NCBI GenBank assembly: GCA_016187485.1
Contig: JACPJO010000005.1
Span: 226,385 to 290,384, forward strand
Direction of reading: 5' to 3'
DNA: 64,000 bases
Origin: Candidatus Uhrbacteria bacterium
GTDB lineage: Bacteria; Patescibacteriota; Patescibacteriia; UBA9934; UBA10169
Shown piece after piece: positions 47,390 through 57,395 of this stretch. The position numbers were made by a program, and so were the translations under genes. Under the pieces are notes generated by a model. It searched no databases, was not told the DNA's origin, and saw only the letters and a list, made by a program, of their open reading frames with translations. Position 1 is the stretch's first letter; each line of letters begins with the position of its first letter.

Positions 47390-50300
47390 TTAGAAGATGA
47401 GCGATCCACCGGTGATGGGCAGGTTCTTCACCATGTCGCCATCGATACCGTTCGTGCCGCCCTGGTCGTTGGCGCCTGCTCCGATAGAGCCAGCGTCCAT
47501 ATCGCCAGAAGTGGCATTGGAATCGTTCCACACAATCGCATCGAAATCTGTCGTGAGGGCCGCATCGAGCGCAACCTCATCTGGGATGTCAATGCGCAGC
47601 GAGTCGTCGTTTACGGCGCTCGGAGAGTTCGTGTCCTGTACATCAAGTTTCAAGATGTACGTTGCGGTTGTTCCCGCCGCAATGTTCTCTTCTCCGACCG
47701 TTGTAGAACCGTCGAAGTTGATGTTGATGTAAGTCAAGTCTTCCCCGTTGCCGCAAGACGCACCTGCGCTATCCAAGAGACTTACGTCGGAGTCTTCCGC
47801 AAGGTCTGTCGCCAGATCTTCGGAATCATAGAGGTAGACGTCGCCCGCCTCCATGCTGGCCCCGCCGCTTGTACACTCGTTCCACACTCCGCTGCTTGCC
47901 GCCGTGGAGCTCATCTTGAAGGTGAGTTCTTCCACGTTGACGTCGCCACGAGAGTCGGCCGCAATGTTGAAGCGGAGCACTTCGATGATACCGGCAATGG
48001 CCGCGCCGGACGGAGAGCCGCTTGCGAGGCTGATCGTCGGTTTGGTCTTGCGGATTTCATGATCGTAAGCCGCGATGATTCCAGCGCCAGAGCCTGTAAA
48101 CGAGGCATCTACATCGCTGTCATCAATCGTTGTGCCAGATCCAGAACCGACGGCACGGAATTCGCCTTCCGTCGTGTCTTGGTTGGACATGTCAAGGTTG
48201 ACCAAGTCGCCAGACGCGCTGTTCGAGGAACTGACCTCGCCTGTGTTGATCTTCACTGTGAGCACGGCGTTGTCATCCTTCGGCACATAGAAGTCAAGGC
48301 CGTTGAACGTGTACGTGCTCGACGTAAGGAACCCAGAGGCCACCTTAGCTTCACCAGCCTGGTTGGCGTAATGGAGTTCCACGCTCGCCACTGCCGTATC
48401 GGAACCGCTCGTATTGTCAATCGTCAAGCGATCAACAACGAAGGCTTCGTTACTTGAGGTAAAGCGGAACTTCGAAGCGCTGAGACCCGTGCTGTTGCTA
48501 AGAAGGATCGTCGAGTTCGGACTTCCGCCGTCGCGAGCGATCGTGAGCGAACCAGCATTGGCAACCGTCTGGAAGATGGTCTGCGTCGTGTTGGCCGTAG
48601 AGCCATTGACCGCATTACCATCCTTGTCCACCGCCGTGATGTCTCCTGCCGCATCAACCTCGGCCGTGAGCGAGTCGTTCGTTGAACTTGTCGGCGTCAC
48701 GTTTGCCAAGTTACAGCGGAGCACCATCTTAAGCGACTGGCTCGCCGGCACCGTCCAGCTGAATCCGCTGAAGGTGATGTCGGAACCTGTGCCGCTCGTG
48801 AAGGCCGCTGGAGACTCTGGGCCGTCAATCAAGGCGCCTGTGGCTGCATCGTAAACAGAGCAGCTGTTTACGGTATTGCGCACGTTGACGTCCTTGTTGT
48901 CGTTCGTTGTGTGTTCCGCATCGTCATCTCCATACATCTTGAATGTCGTGGAGCTAACGGTGATAGAGGAAGCTGTTCCAGCCGAGAAGCTGAAGCCGAC
49001 CACATCAACGTTGCTTGTGCCCTTCACGTACGTGGAGGACGCAGGCGTGCTGGCCACCGTTACGGTGAGGCTGGCAAGACGAACCGTAAGCATGTTGCCT
49101 GTAAGGTCCGAGCCAGGAATGATGTCCGTTCCAACCGTAAGCGAGTCATTGTTGGTATCGCGGGCGGTTGTTTCAGAGACATCGAGCGTGGCGCGGATGG
49201 CGTCATTGGCAGAGATATCCGTGAACGTGGCGTTGTCCTGGACATCCACTTTGAGCTGGACCACCAGGGACTCACCGGCATTCATCGTAAAGTCATCCGT
49301 CAGGTTAACCGCAGCAACAGTGTCAGACGTAACCGTCATGTCATACGGACCGCTGATCGTGGCGCCTGTGGTCTTACTGACCAAGCGGGCGTTCTGATAG
49401 TTGTGCGTGGTAGAAGCCGTGCCGCAAGCACCCGTGCAGAAGTCTGCCGTTCCAGAGCCACCATCAAGGTCGAACTGGAGGTTGCGGATTTCCACAAGGT
49501 TCTGTGCCGTGAACGTTCCTTCCCAGATCACGACGCCATTCTGGTTCTCCCCAATGTCACCGGTCGAAGGACCGTTGAAAGCAAAAGTGAGTTGACCAGC
49601 CTGGATTTGCGAACAGTCGTAGCCAGCAGCATCAGTTGTACAGGTTGTAAACGCCGTGCCGAAGTTGTTCGTCACGCGCACACCGAACCCGTACTTAAGA
49701 CCGATGGCATAGACGTCCGTTGTTTCCTCAACGCGGACGCGAAGTCCGTCGCTGTTTTCCCCACCAACCTTTGCGTACACTTCGAATTCACGGTTATTGC
49801 CTTGCGCAACTTCGTAAGGCGTCGTGAGTTCAAAGAGAACGTAGTTCCCAGACTGGGCACCCGTGGCAAGCACGGAGTTGTTCTGGCGGAGTTCGTATTG
49901 CGAGTGATCCTTAGCCTCGTCTACTTCCAAGCGCAAGCGGTAAAGCTTGAACCCTTCTGTGGAGTTGGCTGTCAGGCGGAAGTTCGCAATTTTGGCGATC
50001 TCACCAACCTTGGGGTTGGAGATTGTTCCTGTGTCATCAACCGTCACAAGACCGACGTCTGTTGCAGACGTTGTCATGACGTTGCTTGCAACCGGGAACG
50101 AACCAGACACCGTGGCATTGGACGCAACTGCGGCCGCCGAAGCGATCTGGAATTGGATGGTATTACCACCATTGATACCGTTGGTCATGTCACCCACCAC
50201 CGTAATGGTACGGGTCTGACCGGCAGAGACTTTGAGCGACATACCACCGAAGATGGCCGTACGCGTCGTCGAGTTAATCGAGCGAGCGTTGGTCAGACGG

Positions 50301-51232
50301 TTGTTGCCCTCAAAGAGGTAGAGGGAGCTCAAGTCCGATGTCACTCCAAGTCCCGCCATCGTCACGGTGAGAGACGTAACCGTCGCATCGCCGCTGGCTG
50401 CGGAAAGATTGAAGCTCATGAAGCGAACCTGCGAAGCACCGTCCGCGATGGTAGCGGCGGCAGGCGTGTCAGACGACAAGCTTACCGAGAGACCACCAGC
50501 GGCTGGTGTCGAAGAACTCGCGATTTGTGCCGGATTCGAGAGAGCATTCTCTGCACCCGTCACTTCAGCTCCTGCGGGAACGGAGGCAAGCACATCGGAG
50601 CTCGGCGTGAGGAAGAAGCGATCCTGAATGCCATTGGCAGATTGACCCGCCGCTGACACCAAGCGCTTCTGGCCACCCCAAACCACATACTTGCTGGCAC
50701 CAGAGGACACATACATACCGTCATACGCTGCGGCGCTCATCAACGAGGAGCCGACAGAGTAATCAACAAAGAAGACTTCTGGAACGTCGTCAATAAACGT
50801 GTTCCATGCAGCACCGGCAAGACCCATAGCCACGGCCTCGGTTTCAATCCAGCGGATTGCTCCGTTTGGCGTAACGGCGTAGGTCTTGGGGTCGCTTTGA
50901 ATTTTCACCCAGCGTGAGCCCGGGCGATAGACAACATTGCCGGCAAGCGGGATCGCTGCCAGTTCGCTGTCAGAGAGCATTACAACTCCAGCAAAGCTCG
51001 TGTACCAAGAGTTGAATGTCTTCACGTTCGGGAAGGTGTAGCGCTGTCCATCGGCTGCATAATAGTAGACCGTGGAAAGAGAACCCTTTACCAATGAGCC
51101 GGGAGCAGCCGCGCTGGCCGTTTGCGGAACCGCAAAGGCAGCGATGCCCACCGTCCAAAGGATCGTGGCCGCCACGACAATCATCGTGAGCGCCTTCTTC
51201 CCAAAACGAAGGGAATTATCCATACGTAACAT
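47390..51232 (-). CDS. 1280-aa secreted Ser/Thr/Gly-rich surface protein (S-layer-like)
   Basis: Signal peptide, CPR-style N-terminal domain (VYYY...RYTFPN), tandem beta-sandwich-like modules. Confidence 0.8.
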   Translation of the reverse strand: MLRMDNSLRFGKKALTMIVVAATILWTVGIAAFAVPQTASAAAPGSLVKGSLSTVYYYAADGQRYTFPNVKTFNSWYTSFAGVVMLSDSELAAIPLAGNVVYRPGSRWVKIQSDPKTYAVTPNGAIRWIETEAVAMGLAGAAWNTFIDDVPEVFFVDYSVGSSLMSAAAYDGMYVSSGASKYVVWGGQKRLVSAAGQSANGIQDRFFLTPSSDVLASVPAGAEVTGAENALSNPAQIASSSTPAAGGLSVSLSSDTPAAATIADGASQVRFMSFNLSAASGDATVTSLTVTMAGLGVTSDLSSLYLFEGNNRLTNARSINSTTRTAIFGGMSLKVSAGQTRTITVVGDMTNGINGGNTIQFQIASAAAVASNATVSGSFPVASNVMTTSATDVGLVTVDDTGTISNPKVGEIAKIANFRLTANSTEGFKLYRLRLEVDEAKDHSQYELRQNNSVLATGAQSGNYVLFELTTPYEVAQGNNREFEVYAKVGGENSDGLRVRVEETTDVYAIGLKYGFGVRVTNNFGTAFTTCTTDAAGYDCSQIQAGQLTFAFNGPSTGDIGENQNGVVIWEGTFTAQNLVEIRNLQFDLDGGSGTADFCTGACGTASTTHNYQNARLVSKTTGATISGPYDMTVTSDTVAAVNLTDDFTMNAGESLVVQLKVDVQDNATFTDISANDAIRATLDVSETTARDTNNDSLTVGTDIIPGSDLTGNMLTVRLASLTVTVASTPASSTYVKGTSNVDVVGFSFSAGTASSITVSSTTFKMYGDDDAEHTTNDNKDVNVRNTVNSCSVYDAATGALIDGPESPAAFTSGTGSDITFSGFSWTVPASQSLKMVLRCNLANVTPTSSTNDSLTAEVDAAGDITAVDKDGNAVNGSTANTTQTIFQTVANAGSLTIARDGGSPNSTILLSNSTGLSASKFRFTSSNEAFVVDRLTIDNTSGSDTAVASVELHYANQAGEAKVASGFLTSSTYTFNGLDFYVPKDDNAVLTVKINTGEVSSSNSASGDLVNLDMSNQDTTEGEFRAVGSGSGTTIDDSDVDASFTGSGAGIIAAYDHEIRKTKPTISLASGSPSGAAIAGIIEVLRFNIAADSRGDVNVEELTFKMSSTAASSGVWNECTSGGASMEAGDVYLYDSEDLATDLAEDSDVSLLDSAGASCGNGEDLTYININFDGSTTVGEENIAAGTTATYILKLDVQDTNSPSAVNDDSLRIDIPDEVALDAALTTDFDAIVWNDSNATSGDMDAGSIGAGANDQGGTNGIDGDMVKNLPITGGSLIF

Positions 51233-51404
51233 TTGTGTATTAGAGACTTTTAGGTCGGAGTGTCCTGCGCCCGCCTTTTACGGGTCGACCTTTTATGCAG
51301 AGACACAGAGTTAACAAGAGGCCCTTGGCCGTTTGAACCGTTGGTTCAACAGACCTTCTCGCTCGTGAACGCTTGGCGCACACAAGCGGGAAGGGACGTC
51401 GAAA

Positions 51405-52505
51405 TTACTCGGCTGGGGGAAGCGGGAGGGGTTCTTCTTTCGGTTGTAGACTGATCTGAATTTCCAGCTGAACCAACAGGTCGTCCACGACGAGCATCGT
51501 GGTCTGCAGACGAGAAAGAGTCTCGAATGCCGACCGGAATCCACCCGCGACCAATTGATTCGTTGCTTTATCCAAATCCGGCTGTACGGAAACAAGCTGT
51601 GCACGGATTTTCGACACGAGTGCACGCGCGGAGGCCGCCAGTTCGCCATCCATTTGCCCACGATCCAACACCGCTTGAATTGTGCTCAACCGTGCTTTCA
51701 CTATCGCCACGCGCGCCTGCAAATCGTTCAGGTTGTTGCGGAAGACATTCTGCAGGTCGTCTTTACTCTCCCCCCCGGGAACCGTTTCTTGTTTCTCCAC
51801 CAGCGTCTCGACTGCCCGTTGTCCCACAGAAACGACATCTTGCTGGGCACCACGGACGTTTTCCAATACTTGTTCATCGGCACGCACGTCGCTTGCCGGT
51901 GCCACATCTTTGCGGATGGTCGCCGCATACGCATTCGTCTTCTCGCCCACAAGTTCAACAAGAGCCGCCGCTTCAGACGGATTGCTCTCTTTCACCGATG
52001 CCAAGTGGGAATTTACGGAGGCCATTTCTTTGCGGAATTGATCTACCGCGCTTTGCACGCGCACCTGTTTGCCCGAGCGTGTGGACGACTGGACATTCTT
52101 GATTTCCGCCAAACGACGGCCGGCAAATTCGAGCTGAAGCTTTGTGCGTTGTTCGACTGACGTTGTGAGGGTAAGGTGAACTTTTTCGGCAGCCATCTTA
52201 ATAGGATAAAGCGTGTCGCCGGGAACAGATTCGGACGAGGCATTAACCGCCACGACCCAGCCGCCAAGTGTGAGAACAATGGAAGAAACACCCACCGCCA
52301 GAGGGCGTGCGACAGACTCAGCAACAAAGCTCAATACAAACTGCCACACATGTTGCCCGCCATAAACAGGGCGCGCCACATCTTCAGCACCAAGAGAACG
52401 CAAAAGCGCCAAGCGGCCCCCCTCAAGCTTGGCGTCAGTCGTCGCACCAAACTCCTCGCGCGAGCGAAGAGAGCGGAGATTTATTTTGAAAAATTGAGAG
52501 TTCAT
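51405..52505 (-). CDS. DUF5667-like helical membrane protein, putative anti-sigma factor
   Basis: SVPGDTLYPIK..AE...FAGRRLAE; ATGA-coupled to the ECF sigma gene. Confidence 0.75.
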   Translation of the reverse strand: MNSQFFKINLRSLRSREEFGATTDAKLEGGRLALLRSLGAEDVARPVYGGQHVWQFVLSFVAESVARPLAVGVSSIVLTLGGWVVAVNASSESVPGDTLYPIKMAAEKVHLTLTTSVEQRTKLQLEFAGRRLAEIKNVQSSTRSGKQVRVQSAVDQFRKEMASVNSHLASVKESNPSEAAALVELVGEKTNAYAATIRKDVAPASDVRADEQVLENVRGAQQDVVSVGQRAVETLVEKQETVPGGESKDDLQNVFRNNLNDLQARVAIVKARLSTIQAVLDRGQMDGELAASARALVSKIRAQLVSVQPDLDKATNQLVAGGFRSAFETLSRLQTTMLVVDDLLVQLEIQISLQPKEEPLPLPPAE

Positions 52506-53047
52506 GGGTTTGACAGACGCTCCTCCAGCGTCCGGAGCGCGCGGTGTGTGAGCACGCGCACGTTGTTTTCTGTCTTCTGTAGATGATCGGCAACCTCGCT
52601 TACGGACAACCCGTCGAAGTAGCGGAGAAGAACAACGGCTTGCTGATCTTCTGGCAGGTCTTTCAACGCCCGCCGGACCACTTCCGCATCGGCAAGGTTC
52701 TCAATGTGTTTTGCCTCTACACCGGCATCGCTTGAAAATAACTCCCCCTCAAGATCTGCACTCACCGTCTCCTTTCGACCGCGTGAGCGATAAAAGTCTG
52801 AAATGCGGTTTCGCGCCACCGAGAACAGGAGTCCGCTGATACTATCCACCGGCGTAGCCGTCAGATAGTCCCAAACCTTGAGAAAGACGTCCGAGAGGAC
52901 ATCATCCGCATCGGACGGAGCCGGCAGGCGGAAGGTAAGGTATCTGCGCAGACGAGGCGCAAACTCCATGTAAAGCTCGCCATAGGCTTGCTTATCGCGG
53001 AACCGCAATATGCGGAAGAGCAGGAATTTTTCGCGCAAAGTCTGCAT
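52502..53047 (-). CDS. ECF RNA polymerase sigma factor
   Basis: DADDVLSDVFLKVW, ARNRISDFYR, LPEDQQAVVLLRY...HRAL. Confidence 0.92.
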   Translation of the reverse strand: MQTLREKFLLFRILRFRDKQAYGELYMEFAPRLRRYLTFRLPAPSDADDVLSDVFLKVWDYLTATPVDSISGLLFSVARNRISDFYRSRGRKETVSADLEGELFSSDAGVEAKHIENLADAEVVRRALKDLPEDQQAVVLLRYFDGLSVSEVADHLQKTENNVRVLTHRALRTLEERLSNP

Positions 53048-53136
53048 GTAGGATGACGCGCTTTTCGGCCCATGTGTTACATGGTGGCTAAAAATAGCAG
53101 AAAAGCTTTAAAAAATCAATATTTCAAACCCGGACC

Positions 53137-53228
53137 TTGACATTTACATCCTTTTTTGGCTACACTAGCGTACACAAATCACCGTCTCTTAGTGATCACT
53201 TAGTTGTCACTAAGAGACAACTAAGTGA
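53137..53228 (+). promoter_or_regulatory. Promoter plus four-repeat operator upstream of the HTH gene
   Basis: TTGACA-18-TACACT; CTTAGT at 53188 and 53199; ACTAAG at 53209 and 53220. Confidence 0.7.
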
Positions 53229-53237
53229 GATTACCCT

Positions 53238-53537
53238 ATGCCAATCAATGCCATCATTCGCCTGTCTGTTTCCGAGGCTGCTCGCCTATTTGGGGTAAGC
53301 CAACGAACCATCCGACGGGCTCTGGCTGCAGGCGAGATTACCTATGTAGTCGTTCAGGGACGGTACAAAATTAATTTCGAGTCGCTTTTGAAGTGGAGCC
53401 AGACGACCACAACGGCGAAAAATAAGCTGGAACAGAAGGGTATTGGCCAATACGTCGGGCAATGGAAGATCAAGAACAAACTGTTTTCGCCAAACCCCAA
53501 GGCCTTAGAAAACGAGGAGAAAACAACGAACATGTGA
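53238..53537 (+). CDS. Excisionase/BldC-like helix-turn-helix protein
   Basis: LSVSEAARLFGVSQRTIRR...GRYKI. Confidence 0.85.
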   Translation: MPINAIIRLSVSEAARLFGVSQRTIRRALAAGEITYVVVQGRYKINFESLLKWSQTTTTAKNKLEQKGIGQYVGQWKIKNKLFSPNPKALENEEKTTNM

Positions 53538-55537
53538 AACGGCTCATCCTCGCCACCCTCTTCCTCGCGCTCCCAACCCTTTTTGTCCACGCCGCGGTAC
53601 AAACCGACCCGGACAAATACGTACGCACGGCAAATTACTTTCTACTCTCGGGCCGCGCGCTCGAAACCCCCGAAGCGAAGGCTACCCTTCCCAAGTTCGA
53701 CCTTCTCATTTTACCGGTAGAAGCGCAGGTCTACAATGCGGCATTTTTTGCGCACGCTCGGCAAATGAATCCCGACATCATTATTTTGGCATACGTCGTC
53801 TCGACAAGCTGGAATAACTTGTACTGGAATGACACACTGCACACGCGCATGCGGCAAGGGATTGCAGATGCATGGTGGCTCACAGACGGAAACGGAAACC
53901 GCACATCAAACTGGCCTGGGCTCACGCTCCTTAATCTCCACAGTGGGTGGACGGACTACTTGGCAAATTTTACCGCCACGCAGATTCTTGCTACAGGGTT
54001 GTGGGACGGTGTGATGTATGACGATGTGGGGGAGGGCATCAGCTCGATTGGGTCAGCTGATGTGAATATGGACGGACGTGCCGACGAGGCAGGGAGCGCC
54101 GATGCTCTGTGGCGCGCGGGGTATGTGCGCCTTGCCGCACGAACGCGCGAATTGGCAGGACCAGGCAAACTCATCCTTACCAACGGTTCTTCACGAACGG
54201 AACTCGCTCCGTATGTGAATGGGCGCATGTTCGAATCGTTCCCGACACCGTGGGAAGGCGATTGGGCGACGGTGACGCGCAAATATGTTGCCGAGGAGAG
54301 TCGTGTGAAGTCGCCGGTTACAAATATTGTCAATGGCGGCACAGATAACACGGGACGGCAGAATGATTATGCAGACATGCGTTACGGGCTTACGACCACC
54401 TTGCTCGGCGGCGGATATTTTGGCTATGACTTCGGCACGACACGCCACAATGATTTGTGGTATTACGACGAATACGACGCGTGGCTGGGCGCGCCAAGCG
54501 AGGGGCGACGCGATCGCATGACGCCGGGCAACACCACTATTAAGCCGAGCGTGTGGGAACGTCGGTTCGAGCGCGGTACCGTAATTGTGAACTCCACGAC
54601 CGAGCGCAAACGCGTTCGGCTGAATGGTGAGTATGAACACTTGCGCGGAACCCAGGATTCCACGGTCAACAGCGGACGCATCGTCTCAAGCGTAGACGTG
54701 AATGCGAAAGACGGGGTGATTCTGCTGCGCACTATCGAAGAAATCATGGACGCCGTATATCAAAATGGATCCTTTGCCCGCGTTTTTCGCGCAGACGGAA
54801 GTGTGAAGCGCAACGGGTTCTTCCCGTTCGATGATCGCGCAAGCGGCGGGGAGCGCGTCATGCGTGTGAATCTTGACAGCGATACCGGCCGCGAGTGGAT
54901 TGTCGCAGGAAATTCGCGCGTAGATCTGTACGACGAAAACGGCAGCAAATATAAAAGCTTCTTCCCCTATACCGAGGCCTACAAACTCGGCGTGAATATT
55001 GCTGTGGGAGATTTGGAAAACGATGGGAGCATGGAAATTGTCACGGGCACTGAGCGGGGCGGCGGCCCACAGATCCGCATCTTTAATAAAGATGGGAACT
55101 TGATCCACCCCGGATTTTTCGCCTACGACAAAGCATTCCGCGGCGGAGTGAACGTGGCTATCGGTGATTTAAACGGGGATGCGATTTCGGAAGTGATTGC
55201 GGGGGCAGGCGTCGGCGGCGGCCCGCATGTGCGCGTCTTTAACAAGGACGGCAAGGTTATCAACCCCGGATTTTTCGCCTACGATCCCGCCTTTCGCGGC
55301 GGCGTCAACGTTGCGTCTGCCGATGTTACGGGAGATGGGATAGATGATATTATTACAGGGCCGGGGAAAGGTGGCGGGCCAGAGGTGCGCGTGTTTGATC
55401 GAAACGGAAAACGTTCGGCCGCCTTCTTTGCCTTCGACAAAAATTCACGTGCGGGCGTAGAGGTCTCCGCCACGGATCTTGATCATGACGGCACCGCAGA
55501 AATTCTTGGATTCAGTGACGAGCCTTTTGCCCCCTAG
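53534..55537 (+). CDS. Secreted putative glycoside hydrolase (GHL15-like) with FG-GAP repeats
   Basis: GTG start overlapping the HTH stop; signal peptide; WDGVMYD, MFESFP, WYYDEYD; GGPHVRVF repeats. Confidence 0.75.
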   Translation: MKRLILATLFLALPTLFVHAAVQTDPDKYVRTANYFLLSGRALETPEAKATLPKFDLLILPVEAQVYNAAFFAHARQMNPDIIILAYVVSTSWNNLYWNDTLHTRMRQGIADAWWLTDGNGNRTSNWPGLTLLNLHSGWTDYLANFTATQILATGLWDGVMYDDVGEGISSIGSADVNMDGRADEAGSADALWRAGYVRLAARTRELAGPGKLILTNGSSRTELAPYVNGRMFESFPTPWEGDWATVTRKYVAEESRVKSPVTNIVNGGTDNTGRQNDYADMRYGLTTTLLGGGYFGYDFGTTRHNDLWYYDEYDAWLGAPSEGRRDRMTPGNTTIKPSVWERRFERGTVIVNSTTERKRVRLNGEYEHLRGTQDSTVNSGRIVSSVDVNAKDGVILLRTIEEIMDAVYQNGSFARVFRADGSVKRNGFFPFDDRASGGERVMRVNLDSDTGREWIVAGNSRVDLYDENGSKYKSFFPYTEAYKLGVNIAVGDLENDGSMEIVTGTERGGGPQIRIFNKDGNLIHPGFFAYDKAFRGGVNVAIGDLNGDAISEVIAGAGVGGGPHVRVFNKDGKVINPGFFAYDPAFRGGVNVASADVTGDGIDDIITGPGKGGGPEVRVFDRNGKRSAAFFAFDKNSRAGVEVSATDLDHDGTAEILGFSDEPFAP

Positions 55538-55541
55538 ACCT

Positions 55542-57395
55542 ATGCCAGAACAGAACATAAAACAAAAAACTCTTGGACTTGCGCGTCACCCGGGCTCATG
55601 GATCACCGCGCCTCTGCATCGCCGCTATCACCGCCACTATCACGGAAAGCACACGTACCCAAAGATCGTCTTTGGCATAGACCTCACCCTGTTTGGCATC
55701 GTGATCGGTACTCTTGCCTCTGCCGCTTTTGTTATTTTTTTTGGTCCGGCGCGCATTATTGACCAAGTAGATTTTACCGCGAGCGTAGCCCCAACAGAGA
55801 TCCGCTCAGGTTCTCCCTCTACCCTCCTCATGGAATGGCAGAACACGTCCAAAGAGGAATTACGCGATGCCAACATTACCTTTCTCTATCCTGATCACTT
55901 CCTGGTACAGAACTTGTACTTCGGGGGTATCGAGACAGACCAACAAACCATCCGTGTGGGAACCATCCCGCCGGGCGGTTCGGGGGCCGTGAAAATCCGC
56001 GGCGTGATGTTTGGAGATGTTGGCGGACAGCAATCGTTCACGACTACACTTTCTGGCCGTTACGGGAAATGGAACCGGCGAGTGCAAAAGTCCGTGACGC
56101 ACGATTTTGTTCCCGGCGCATCGGCTCTTGCTATTTCTGACACACTCCCCGATACCCTTGTATCCGGACAAGACGTGGAGGGTGTCATCATGGTAGCAAA
56201 CACGAGCACGATAGATTTCGGCGCCATCGCTATTCGTTCACGCCGGACAGATTTTGGATTTGTGGCGCACGATGGGGATGTGCGCACACGACAAGAAGAC
56301 GGTACCGTTACATGGATCATTCCCTCCCTCAAAGCGGCGTCGACACGCACTCTTCGTGTCCTGGGTCGCGCCCCAAATCGTACAGAGGAGTCCGTGGAGC
56401 AATGGGGATTCGAAGCCGCCTTCACGTTTGAGAACTCCACGTATGCGCAAGGAAAAACCGTGCACGATTTCCGTCTGATCCCCTCTCCGCTCTCTGCTAA
56501 CCTCGAGGCAGATCATACCTTTTTGAATCCGGGAACGGACTTCTCCGCACACGTGACCTTCAAAAATATCGGCGAGGAGACGCTCGAGAATATCGTGTAT
56601 ATTCTCGAGGCTCGTTCCCCTTTCTTCGCGGCGCGCGACGGAGAGGGCACGGTATACGACCGGGCCAAGAACCGTTGGCGCGTTGAAGCCGATCTCCCGC
56701 GCACGCTTGAGCCTGGAGAGGAAGTCTCCGCTCGCGTGCGTCTGCCCGTTCGGCTCTCCATTCCCGCATCATCGGTACAAACACACGAACGATTAACAGG
56801 CACCGTGCAATCAGGCGCCTCGTTCGCCCTGCGTTCGTCGGGAATTTCTATAGAAGTCCGATCACGCGAGCTTGTCCTTCCTATCACCTCACCCATAGCA
56901 CTCTCCTCATTTGGTCGTTATGCCACAGCGCAAGGTGACCAGCTAGGTCGCGGCCCGCTTCCGCCAAGCGTGGGGGAGGAAACACGTTATTGGGTGTTTT
57001 GGAACATTGCCGGCACCACAAACCCCATCAAGAATATTGTGGTGGAAGGAACGCTCCCGCCGTACGCGCGTTTCACCGGCAAGCAGACAATTTCCGCCGG
57101 GGCACGTGTAGCAAAGGAGGGAGAGTATGTGCGCTGGAAAATTCCAGAACTTGCCCCAAATTTTGCGCCAGGAAGCCCCCGTGCCGGCGCGGCATTCGAG
57201 ATCGGAGTGACGCCAAACGAGGCGCACCTCGGCCGTCCGCTGTCTGTCCTCGATGAAATCACTCTTACTGGCATTGATGCTGTCACGGGAGAAATTGTGC
57301 GCGCTTTCGGCGCCCGCGTAACAACAAACCTGCCTGATGACCCCATGGCGCGCGGGCTTGGCAATGTTATCGCAACCCCCGAGGTTATTTTCTAG
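55542..57395 (+). CDS. Membrane-anchored protein with Ig-like (DUF11-like) domains
   Basis: TM segment, beta-rich modules; GRGPLPP.VGEETRYWVFW. Confidence 0.75.
   Translation: MPEQNIKQKTLGLARHPGSWITAPLHRRYHRHYHGKHTYPKIVFGIDLTLFGIVIGTLASAAFVIFFGPARIIDQVDFTASVAPTEIRSGSPSTLLMEWQNTSKEELRDANITFLYPDHFLVQNLYFGGIETDQQTIRVGTIPPGGSGAVKIRGVMFGDVGGQQSFTTTLSGRYGKWNRRVQKSVTHDFVPGASALAISDTLPDTLVSGQDVEGVIMVANTSTIDFGAIAIRSRRTDFGFVAHDGDVRTRQEDGTVTWIIPSLKAASTRTLRVLGRAPNRTEESVEQWGFEAAFTFENSTYAQGKTVHDFRLIPSPLSANLEADHTFLNPGTDFSAHVTFKNIGEETLENIVYILEARSPFFAARDGEGTVYDRAKNRWRVEADLPRTLEPGEEVSARVRLPVRLSIPASSVQTHERLTGTVQSGASFALRSSGISIEVRSRELVLPITSPIALSSFGRYATAQGDQLGRGPLPPSVGEETRYWVFWNIAGTTNPIKNIVVEGTLPPYARFTGKQTISAGARVAKEGEYVRWKIPELAPNFAPGSPRAGAAFEIGVTPNEAHLGRPLSVLDEITLTGIDAVTGEIVRAFGARVTTNLPDDPMARGLGNVIATPEVIF

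Noticed and set aside
48911..50656. 581-aa plus-strand ORF
   Set aside because: It is an antisense shadow of the biased-codon surface protein gene and has no recognisable motifs.
53238..53537. Prophage or integrative element implied by the Xis-like gene
   Set aside because: No integrase, att site or phage gene is nearby, and the gene is coupled to an envelope hydrolase.
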